Positions 55,420 to 63,526 of a DNA stretch of 64,000 nt are shown here, one piece after another. The stretch lies in the IMG/VR virus record IMGVR_UViG_3300017527_000761; one strand, 5' to 3'. The stretch is from a virus. The notes under the pieces are model-generated. The model saw only the letters and a list, made by a program, of their open reading frames with translations, was not told the origin of the DNA and made no database searches. The position numbers and the translations under genes were made by a program. The first letter of the stretch is position 1; every line of letters starts with the position of its first letter.

Positions 55420-55463
55420 TATTTATTAAATGTTTCGCATAGTATTTAATAAATGTTCCGCAT
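55420..55463 (-). repeat. two tandem 21-nt direct repeats (ATGCGRAACATTTAWTAAATA on minus strand)
   Basis: TATTTATTAAATGTTTCGCAT and TATTTAATAAATGTTCCGCAT, 23 nt start to start, between the nrdJ stop and the 143-aa gene start. Confidence 0.6.
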
Positions 55464-55464
55464 G

Positions 55465-58023
55465 TTAGCATTTACTCCAACCACAATTAGTACATGTTTT
55501 GCATCCATCTTGATAAATTATTGAACTGTGTTTACAAGAAGGGCACTTTTCTTTTTTAACTTTTGTGCCATCTTGTATATAACGAGCCAATAATTTTTTC
55601 AAATGAAAAACAAAACTTGATAATTCATGTGGGTATTGATCTAGTATTTCTACTATATCTTGTATCTTCAGATTATGGCGCAGGGCCATCCCAATAATTC
55701 TAGCAATTCGAGTAGCGTTTTTTTGATTTTCGTATTTTTCTATTTGCTCTTCTATTAGATTTTTAGGTAAACCTTTTTCTATAAGAAGCTTTTCCATAGA
55801 TTTAATAAGTTCTTCAGTAACTTCTGTACTCTCTATGTTATTTGTATTTACGAAAATCGCATAAGGCCGAGTCATGGCATCGTCAACAAATGCTAGGTTG
55901 ATATACCATTTTTTACGCCCATTATCTTTTATTTTAAAACCACGGGCAAAATATTCATTTGGTATTTTTACTACATGCGGTATTATTCTATCTCCAGCTT
56001 CTTCGAATTGTCTTTCTAGTTCATTTTGATAAATTTTTACTTTTTGTGTTTCTAAAACAGCGGTCATAGTACCTGCTCTATATGTAGTAAGTCCTTTTAT
56101 ATTTGATTTCCAGGCATCTAAATATAAAGACTTAAATTCTTCATAAGAATAGTCGTTTGGTAAGTTAACTGTTTTAGAATTATTCATGTTAGTATAGTGA
56201 GCTATTACTTTAAGAACATTAATGTGATCTGACACACTGAGCTCCATAGCGCTTGCAAATACACCTCTATCTATCATTTTTGGTAGATCATTTTTGTAGT
56301 GTTTTTTTGCAAATGCCCAGCCATAATCTTCGACGTTTGTAGCTTTTACGAGACCTCTATTTTTATCTACTTCATAATCAGTGTCGTCAAAAGTTCCGTG
56401 CAACACTTGTTCATCACCACGAATACTAAATTTCATATGATCAGTTTCAAACCATTCGCCTTTCATAGGGTCTGGCCAAGTAAATCCTTTTTTCCTTAAA
56501 TTACGTCTCTCATACTCGGTCACAATTGCCCAACGCATATACTCTAATAAATACGCTGGTTCAATACCACCAGTCACTATGTTTGCATATATGGCGCTGT
56601 TGCCATTAGGGGCATTCATAGAATGATGTGAATTTCGCATATGTGCTATACTTTCTATTTCTTTTTTTACGCTTGGTGCTATTTTTAAATTATTCCACCA
56701 GTAGGTGTTAAAATACTTTCGTTTATTAAATAATTTAAAACTACCTTTTTCCACACCAAGTTTTGCTGAAGCTAACAATTCAGTTTCAGCTTTTAATTTA
56801 TAAATATTTTTAATCAAGTCTAGTGATTCTTTTGACCCATATCTTATACCAAACATTATCATTAAAGATCCGAGTCCCATGTTTCCTAAACCTATTCTAC
56901 GTTTTGTAGTCATAGAATTTTTATATTCGGGCAGAGGCGTTCTAGATATATCATTTATATTGTCTAAAAATCTCACGCCAATATTTACACACCGTGCATA
57001 TTCATCGAAATCGAATACTAGTTTTTCATTTTCCAGTTTAACAAATTTTGTGAGATTAAGAGAACCCAAGTTACATACTCCTGTTGCCATTCCTATTTCT
57101 CCACAAGGGTTAGTTGCAAAGATTTTTTCAGCGTACTTGAGTGAATTTAATTTATTAAATAAATCTAAAAATATAACTCCTGGTTCATTCCTTGTGTAGG
57201 TAGCATAAGATATGCTATCCCAAAGATCTTTAGCTTTTACAGTTTTATGAACTATAATTTTGTAACCTTTACTTACCCATTGATCGATATCCCCATTCCA
57301 TTCTGATGCATATTTAGGGTGTTCTGTATCAGGAAAAATGAGTTGCCAGTTTTTATTATTTTCTACTGCTTTCATAAACCCGCCAGTAATTCCTATTGAC
57401 AGGTTGAATTTAGTTAATCGTCCCGGAGTTTGTTTTGCCGTAATATAGTCTTCTATTTCCGGATGCCAAACAGAAAGGACTCCCATTTGAGCACCCTTTC
57501 TTATTTTTATTTTTTCATCTTCTTTTAGCTCACCAAGAATTTTTTCAGACCCCATAGTAATAATTTCAGAAGAGGTATCCCAAAGTTCCATAAATTTCAA
57601 CACACCTGGGGTTCTGCTTCCAATACCTTTTACATAAGCTCCTGCGGGACGGATCCAACTAAAATTTATTCCATAACCACCTTCTGATTTCAGAGTATGT
57701 GCCTGAGCTTTTAACATATTATAGATCCCCTCAATCGAATCCGGATCTTTATAATTAATGTCTTTAGGATGATGCACATAACAATTCATCAGGGTAGTTG
57801 CATGTCGCGTATTGATGCCAAGATTTGCCATGATACGACCGCCGGGGATAAATTTAAAATCTTTCAGAATTGAATAAAACTCATTTGCCACTTTCTTTTC
57901 TATTTTTTTATTTTCAGGTTTTGCTGCTTCATTTGCTAAGCGTTTCCAAGTATCTTCTACAGTTTCTTCGTGGGGTCCTCTGTAATTATCATTCCAGATT
58001 TCCTTTGAGTATTTATTCATCAT
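55465..58023 (-). CDS. nrdJ: class II (adenosylcobalamin-dependent) ribonucleotide reductase
   Basis: Active-site NPCGEIGMATGVCNLGSLNL. C-terminal Cys-rich zinc ribbon CPSCKHSSIIYQDGCKTCTNCGWSKC. Confidence 0.8.
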   Translation of the reverse strand: MMNKYSKEIWNDNYRGPHEETVEDTWKRLANEAAKPENKKIEKKVANEFYSILKDFKFIPGGRIMANLGINTRHATTLMNCYVHHPKDINYKDPDSIEGIYNMLKAQAHTLKSEGGYGINFSWIRPAGAYVKGIGSRTPGVLKFMELWDTSSEIITMGSEKILGELKEDEKIKIRKGAQMGVLSVWHPEIEDYITAKQTPGRLTKFNLSIGITGGFMKAVENNKNWQLIFPDTEHPKYASEWNGDIDQWVSKGYKIIVHKTVKAKDLWDSISYATYTRNEPGVIFLDLFNKLNSLKYAEKIFATNPCGEIGMATGVCNLGSLNLTKFVKLENEKLVFDFDEYARCVNIGVRFLDNINDISRTPLPEYKNSMTTKRRIGLGNMGLGSLMIMFGIRYGSKESLDLIKNIYKLKAETELLASAKLGVEKGSFKLFNKRKYFNTYWWNNLKIAPSVKKEIESIAHMRNSHHSMNAPNGNSAIYANIVTGGIEPAYLLEYMRWAIVTEYERRNLRKKGFTWPDPMKGEWFETDHMKFSIRGDEQVLHGTFDDTDYEVDKNRGLVKATNVEDYGWAFAKKHYKNDLPKMIDRGVFASAMELSVSDHINVLKVIAHYTNMNNSKTVNLPNDYSYEEFKSLYLDAWKSNIKGLTTYRAGTMTAVLETQKVKIYQNELERQFEEAGDRIIPHVVKIPNEYFARGFKIKDNGRKKWYINLAFVDDAMTRPYAIFVNTNNIESTEVTEELIKSMEKLLIEKGLPKNLIEEQIEKYENQKNATRIARIIGMALRHNLKIQDIVEILDQYPHELSSFVFHLKKLLARYIQDGTKVKKEKCPSCKHSSIIYQDGCKTCTNCGWSKC

Positions 58024-58044
58024 ATAGTATTCCTCGACGGTTGG

Positions 58045-58485
58045 CTATTTTTTATCGGATGAGCCAAATGCTTTTTCTCCGCGGTCTGTATCGTCCAGCT
58101 CTTCTACAAATTCAAATTTAACTATGGGTTGCCTGTGTATTACTATTTGTGCTATTTTTTCTCCAGCTTCTATTTCTTCTGGATATGAACCACAATTTTG
58201 AAATACTACTTTAATTTCTCCGCGGTATTCAGAGTCTATAACTCCGGCTTTTAATTTTAATGTGTTTCTCATAGAGAATCCGCTACGCTCTTCAATTTGT
58301 CCATAATATCCGTTTGGTATAGCTACCGCATACCCTGTTGAAATCGCTTCTCTATTTCCTGAGGCAAGTTTTATCCTTCCTACCGCATACAAATCTATGC
58401 CAGCATCAGAGTCTCTATCTTTTGTGGGTGCAACTCCTAGTGGGTTTATCTTTTTAAATTTTAAATTAGCTATCATCTGCGCCAT
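58045..58485 (-). CDS. dut: dUTP diphosphatase
   Basis: AGIDLYA, GVIDSEYRGEI, and a C-terminal FG/RG motif. Confidence 0.8.
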   Translation of the reverse strand: MAQMIANLKFKKINPLGVAPTKDRDSDAGIDLYAVGRIKLASGNREAISTGYAVAIPNGYYGQIEERSGFSMRNTLKLKAGVIDSEYRGEIKVVFQNCGSYPEEIEAGEKIAQIVIHRQPIVKFEFVEELDDTDRGEKAFGSSDKK

Positions 58486-58744
58486 TAGTTTCTGTTGATT
58501 TTATTTCATTTAATGTTACTCTAAATATATATTTAATATCCGATATTGGGAATAGTGCTTTATCAAATTCCACGGCATTATCTATTTGTTCAAGTAACTC
58601 ATTTTCTTTAAACCCCTGTATCTCAATACCATTATTTGCAGGACTTATATCAGTCACTCTTCCAATAACTCCTACAGCGGTATCTGTAGTTATTCTTACA
58701 GTATCTCCTCGTTTTATTCTTTCACTTAAATATATAGCATTCAT
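58466..58744 (-). CDS. hypothetical protein (92 aa)
   Basis: ORF between recU and dut. Confidence 0.4.
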   Translation of the reverse strand: MNAIYLSERIKRGDTVRITTDTAVGVIGRVTDISPANNGIEIQGFKENELLEQIDNAVEFDKALFPISDIKYIFRVTLNEIKSTETNGADDS

Positions 58745-59217
58745 GTTAATTCATCTTCCATTTCTTTTACTTTATCTAGATAATTCTCTATTTCAATTAA
58801 CCATTCTTTTTTAAATATTTTGAATGGAATAGACTTTCTAATTCCTTCGTCTCGATATTTTTCAACTAGACTTATGGGCGTAATAAACACTTTATCTGAA
58901 TACACAGTTTTAAAGTGAATCATAAAAAACGCAATTCCTCCCAGTTTCTGTTGAAAATTTAAATAAGCTAATTGATGATCTTCAATGTTTGCTAGTGGAA
59001 AACTGGTTTTACTTCTCGTCTCTTTTGCATCAAAAGCAATAGATTTTCCACCCTTTAATGTGCCCGTGTAGTCGACTGTGGATTGCTTTGCTACAAGACC
59101 TTTTCTAGTTATAATTATAGGAACTTCTACCTTAAGAATCAAGGCTTCATAATCTTTTCTGTATAAAATATTTTGTTTATTTGCTCTCTTTTCGAGATCA
59201 TTTCCTTTTAGTCCCAT
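58741..59217 (-). CDS. recU: RecU-type Holliday junction resolvase
   Basis: STVDYTGTLKGGKSIAFDAKETRSKTSFPLANIEDHQLAYL...GGIAFFMIHF aligns closely with the RecU catalytic core. Confidence 0.75.
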   Translation of the reverse strand: MGLKGNDLEKRANKQNILYRKDYEALILKVEVPIIITRKGLVAKQSTVDYTGTLKGGKSIAFDAKETRSKTSFPLANIEDHQLAYLNFQQKLGGIAFFMIHFKTVYSDKVFITPISLVEKYRDEGIRKSIPFKIFKKEWLIEIENYLDKVKEMEDELT

Positions 59218-59273
59218 ATACCAATAGTGGTTTGTATGTTATATGCTGATTCCTGTAACAAATTTTAATTTCA

Positions 59274-59936
59274 TTATAAAGCCTTTGACCAATGAGTTAT
59301 AGTTTTTATTTCTCCTTTATAGAAGATTTCATCTTCTGGTAAATTATTAGGATCTAGATACCATGTGGTATGTCTTGCAATATAAGGAAACCCTGTTCTA
59401 AATGAACGAGACCATGCGGAATTTTTCCTCGGGTCGTGCATAGCAAAAGTAGTATCTACATCAGCTTTATATAACCCTGGTTCTATTTCTGTTTTCCAAA
59501 ATTGATCCTCCCATCCCAGAACAGATTCTTTATGAGGAAAATGATCCGGAATATCATCTATCTTAAGTCCCATTCCTAATTTTAAATGTTGAGGATATTT
59601 TTTTAGCACAGCATAAAGATGGTGTATAAGGTCTGCTGGGCATTCTTCAATAGGAACTACGTCCGGGTCTGTATATACAAAATGTTCTTTTTTAAACCTA
59701 TTGGTGTATAGACCAGATTTCCAAAGAGCCTCATGACCCAAATTGTTACCCAACATAATTATTTCGTAGGGTAAAGTTTTATAATATTCAAGCAAAGGTT
59801 CATAAATAGACCCGTTATCAAGTATCACAACCGGATTAGGTAGTTTTTTATCTACAATAAAATTAATTAATTGTTTTAAACAAGTTAGTCTATTAAATGA
59901 ATTAATTATAATAGGTATATTATCTGCATTCATCAA
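59274..59936 (-). CDS. glycosyltransferase (GT-A/GT2-like)
   Basis: IPIIINSFNRLTCL...VVILDNGS...YTDPD resemble GT2 N-terminal motifs and DxD. Confidence 0.5.
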   Translation of the reverse strand: MMNADNIPIIINSFNRLTCLKQLINFIVDKKLPNPVVILDNGSIYEPLLEYYKTLPYEIIMLGNNLGHEALWKSGLYTNRFKKEHFVYTDPDVVPIEECPADLIHHLYAVLKKYPQHLKLGMGLKIDDIPDHFPHKESVLGWEDQFWKTEIEPGLYKADVDTTFAMHDPRKNSAWSRSFRTGFPYIARHTTWYLDPNNLPEDEIFYKGEIKTITHWSKAL

Positions 59937-60768
59937 AAAACTCCTTCATTTCTGTTAATTGCTTTAGTAATCCAGGTGGATCCCAAGTATCACAGACTAA
60001 ACTTCTGTCACACGGATTAGGCCCAGTAGTTTTATTTATTGTTAAGCCGAGATGATATACAGTATTTATCATAGTTAATAAATCAAATTTATTTATTGCT
60101 CGGCTTGCGTATGTAATTAAATCTTCTGTTTGGCCGTTATCTAATCCATTAGATAATAATCCATCTATGTACTTAGCTAATTCTAAAGTAGTGACTCCAC
60201 TCCAAATGTGGTCTGTCCAACCCTGTACTTCTTTCCCCTTTTGTGATATAGCCCATTCAAGGAGCGAATATTTATTAGCTAATTCTTCTCCTATTATGGA
60301 GGTACGTATTACTAAAGTATCTGTGCTTTCACAGGCCTCTCCTAAACTTTTAGACATTCCATACAAGTCTGTGGCATCTGGTATGTCGTCGCTTCTATAA
60401 TTTCCGCGATTACCAGTAAATACACAATCAGTAGATATATGAATCATTGCTACGTCATGTCCAGCTTCAGTTAATCTAGAAACATATTTAGAGAGTTGTA
60501 TAGGAAACGCAGAGTTTATTTTGAGTACTTCTTCCACAGACATATTTTTAATTCTGGGTTTGACTATTCCTGCACAATTTATAATTACCGTAAGGTAATC
60601 ATTATAATTTACTAACATGGGTCTTAAGTTTTCAATTGAATCATTTAATATATCAAACCCACTAGTAGGTATATCGATAACGTCGTAAAGTTTACTCTGC
60701 TTAAGATACTTGCTAACTACGTTACCTAACATCCCGGTTGATCCAAATATTACTACTTTATCTGTCAT
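59920..60768 (-). CDS. dTDP-4-dehydrorhamnose reductase-like SDR (RmlD-like)
   Basis: VIFGSTGMLG (TGxxGxxG) and YGMSK (YxxxK). Size about 280 aa. Confidence 0.55.
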   Translation of the reverse strand: MTDKVVIFGSTGMLGNVVSKYLKQSKLYDVIDIPTSGFDILNDSIENLRPMLVNYNDYLTVIINCAGIVKPRIKNMSVEEVLKINSAFPIQLSKYVSRLTEAGHDVAMIHISTDCVFTGNRGNYRSDDIPDATDLYGMSKSLGEACESTDTLVIRTSIIGEELANKYSLLEWAISQKGKEVQGWTDHIWSGVTTLELAKYIDGLLSNGLDNGQTEDLITYASRAINKFDLLTMINTVYHLGLTINKTTGPNPCDRSLVCDTWDPPGLLKQLTEMKEFFDECR

Positions 60769-61223
60769 CTTTCATCCGCCGCAAAAAAGTGGTCGTTTTC
60801 GTTATTATAAGTAAATCGAATATCGTCAATTTTACTTTCTTCTGTGGTACTTGATGAGAATACCATTAATTTAGAATCTGGAGTTAATAATTTAAAACCA
60901 TTAGCATAGCCAGGTGGCACATAAAATACTGCGGGCTTATTAGCCGAAATAGTTTCTCTTGCTTGTATATCCCAATTCAGATTCCATTCGTTTTTGTATA
61001 ACATCATTTGTGCTGCTACAATAATGGCACTGCCTGACAACATAGTAAAATACTTAGCTTCTCTTTCATGTCCATGCCAAGCACGAATAAATCCCGGGAC
61101 ATGGTTTGATACTATGTAATATCTCTTAATGGGAGTTAAATCTAAATCATTATTAAATTCTACTATCCCTCTGTCATCTACAAAAATAGTTCCTTCATAT
61201 AATTTTGGTTCTGGTAATATCAT
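60765..61223 (-). CDS. cupin-fold sugar 3,5-epimerase / 3,4-ketoisomerase (RmlC/FdtA-like)
   Basis: FVDDRGIVEF, WHGHERE, YVPPGYANGF cupin motifs. Confidence 0.55.
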   Translation of the reverse strand: MILPEPKLYEGTIFVDDRGIVEFNNDLDLTPIKRYYIVSNHVPGFIRAWHGHEREAKYFTMLSGSAIIVAAQMMLYKNEWNLNWDIQARETISANKPAVFYVPPGYANGFKLLTPDSKLMVFSSSTTEESKIDDIRFTYNNENDHFFAADER

Positions 61224-61227
61224 AATT

Positions 61228-62205
61228 TTAAATTTGTTTTATGTCTAAGCCAGTTAAATAGGCTTGGTTAGAATATCTTGTATTATCTAAGTTTTTTATA
61301 CGTTTTGTTTCCACAAGATATTTAATTTCTTCGATGCCCTGATCTATCGAACAAGTTGGATTAAATTTTAAACCGACTCGAGCTTTTTCGCTGGACACTC
61401 TATAGTTTCTTGTGTCTTGAAATGGCATTTCAGTGTGGTTAATTTGCATATCCGGAAAATGATTTCTAACCTGATAAGCAAGATCAATTATTCTTACGTT
61501 TTGTTTGTGAATGTTATATATTCCCTGTGCGGGAGAGTATAAATTATCTACAACCGTATGAGCAACGTCTTTAACGTGTAAGAGAGGTCTGAACTGGTCT
61601 CCACCGAACACATCTATTTTACCATCTGTGTGCGCTTTGGCTGTCAATATATTTACGACTAGGTCTAATCTGATACGCGAATATTTATCTCCTACACCAA
61701 ATAAAGTTCCAAGTCTATATATAATTGCATTTTTTGGTTCTAAGTATTTTTCTGCATTCAATTTAGTAATTGCATATGCAGAAAGGGGGTTAGTTGGTGA
61801 GGTCTCATCAAGTTCTTTATCTTGAGCACCATAAACAGAGCAAGTGGATAGAAATACAATCCTTCCATCATAATTCTCTGCAAGCCACTTAATTGAATCC
61901 TCGTTCAACTCTTTAGTTAGGTCAGGATTAATTTGACATGCCCCATCTCCTACGAGAGCTGCGAGCCATATCACTGAATGTGCTTTCTTGAGTAGTGGCA
62001 ATAGTTTTTCCCTATCTCTAATATCGCCATATATAAAATTTACATCCTTACGAAATGAATCTTCGTACAAGAGATTATCGTAAACAGTAACTTCGTGTCC
62101 TACATAACCAGGGATACGCTTAGGAAGGTCTCTATCTTTCAAGAGCATGTCTACAATTGCTCCACCTACATACCCTGCTCCTCCAACTACTAAAATTCTA
62201 TTCAT
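61228..62205 (-). CDS. NAD-dependent sugar epimerase/dehydratase (extended SDR)
   Basis: VVGGAGYVGGAIV Rossmann motif. SAYAITK (YxxxK). Confidence 0.65.
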   Translation of the reverse strand: MNRILVVGGAGYVGGAIVDMLLKDRDLPKRIPGYVGHEVTVYDNLLYEDSFRKDVNFIYGDIRDREKLLPLLKKAHSVIWLAALVGDGACQINPDLTKELNEDSIKWLAENYDGRIVFLSTCSVYGAQDKELDETSPTNPLSAYAITKLNAEKYLEPKNAIIYRLGTLFGVGDKYSRIRLDLVVNILTAKAHTDGKIDVFGGDQFRPLLHVKDVAHTVVDNLYSPAQGIYNIHKQNVRIIDLAYQVRNHFPDMQINHTEMPFQDTRNYRVSSEKARVGLKFNPTCSIDQGIEEIKYLVETKRIKNLDNTRYSNQAYLTGLDIKQI

Positions 62206-62558
62206 TATATATCAACATCCTCTAGGCCGTGATTTCTCGGAATTTCTATAGCATATGCGGTAGTTTCTGATGAGTTCGGTTTAAGGTCATTGAGTAATAC
62301 TCGCATTCCTCCTCCTATTCCCAGAATAAGTTGGTCGTAAAATAAACCATGATAAGCTAATTGTTTCTCGGTTATTTCTCTATCGCTTTCTCTGCGTCCA
62401 GAGACAAGGATAATGTTATATCCTTTTAAATCCCATTCAACAAATTTATCTATCACTCCAGGAAGTATAGGACGTTCTCCTCTAAGGCAATTCTCCCTTC
62501 CTGTATGTTCAAAAATTGTACCATCAATGTCTATAAATATTGTTTTTGGTCTATTCAT
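62205..62558 (-). CDS. HAD-superfamily phosphatase (small)
   Basis: FIDIDGTIFEH (DxDGT motif I) and ILVSGRRES motif II. Confidence 0.55.
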   Translation of the reverse strand: MNRPKTIFIDIDGTIFEHTGRENCLRGERPILPGVIDKFVEWDLKGYNIILVSGRRESDREITEKQLAYHGLFYDQLILGIGGGMRVLLNDLKPNSSETTAYAIEIPRNHGLEDVDI

Positions 62559-63526
62559 ATGCGCTCTTTTATAAAAGAAAATATATCTGCGGATACTAAT
62601 TCGTATACGGACTCGAGGTCAAAATTAAATTTAGGATGACTAAAAACATAATGACCACACAACTCTAAAACTCTTGCTTTATGTTTGCGAGGGTCGAAGT
62701 TTTCTGGAAACCATTTTTTCCATCTACCGTCTTCCATTAATAATGTAAACCACAATTCAATCACGGAAATATTTTCTAATACATACTTGGTTTCTAAATT
62801 AGCTATTTCTGGGGCTATATTAATTGCTGATAGGCCCAGATTAAATTTTTCTTTTATTAGAGAAGCCGACAAATAATCTCCATTATGTTCTTTTGAAAGA
62901 ATAGAATAACGTCTGCACGTGTCAGACATTTCTTTAAGAGATTCTTTACTATAGGTTCCTGTATTATTTCCAGCTTCTAGAGATGTACCTGATTGAATAA
63001 CTCCATATATAATCTTATGAAATTTATCTGGTATTTGTTCTTTCAAGGTTTCAATAAATACTTCAAATACATGTGGGTTCATAGGATATATTGCTTGCTC
63101 AGTTCCTACTTCAAACAGACATGAGTCATTCACTGAAGAACACATTTTAATTATGTCTATCGTATAAGCTACAGCTTCTTTGAAGTTTAATTTTTTCCAC
63201 GGATCTATATGGATTATGTCCATATATTTAGCGTCTTCCAAGAATGAAAACATACCACCATCGTTATAATTTCCTTGTCCAGTACCACCGTGATCTCTAC
63301 ATAATATAATATTATTAGTTCTTTCCCTGACATAAGATGTAAATTCTCTAGTATTCCAGTTATTCACATAACCGCCCGTATCGTCTACTTGACGTCGCGA
63401 CGCAACTAACCCTATAGATTGGTCAGTCTCGTTAACAAATTGAATAACACTATCTACTATATTTTTACTCATCGGACCTAAGTAAAGTTTAGTCCGTTTT
63501 ATTTTGTCAAGGATAGTTGTTTCCAC
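62555..63526 (-). CDS. hypothetical enzyme of the sugar cluster (323 aa)
   Basis: No clear motif. Operon-coupled between the kinase and the phosphatase. Confidence 0.4.
   Translation of the reverse strand: METTILDKIKRTKLYLGPMSKNIVDSVIQFVNETDQSIGLVASRRQVDDTGGYVNNWNTREFTSYVRERTNNIILCRDHGGTGQGNYNDGGMFSFLEDAKYMDIIHIDPWKKLNFKEAVAYTIDIIKMCSSVNDSCLFEVGTEQAIYPMNPHVFEVFIETLKEQIPDKFHKIIYGVIQSGTSLEAGNNTGTYSKESLKEMSDTCRRYSILSKEHNGDYLSASLIKEKFNLGLSAINIAPEIANLETKYVLENISVIELWFTLLMEDGRWKKWFPENFDPRKHKARVLELCGHYVFSHPKFNFDLESVYELVSADIFSFIKERI

Noticed and set aside
621-62876. About 60 ORF-track entries lying antisense to longer co-oriented genes (e.g. 621..866+, 1848..2138+, 2490..2780+, 11027..11353+, 13334..13780-, 17459..17725-, 34470..34952-, 53503..54033+, 56879..57199+)
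   Set aside because: Each is fully embedded antisense in a longer ORF that fits the block orientation, has an SD and, often, a recognisable domain. Their translations are low-complexity with F/L/S-rich reverse-frame artefacts.
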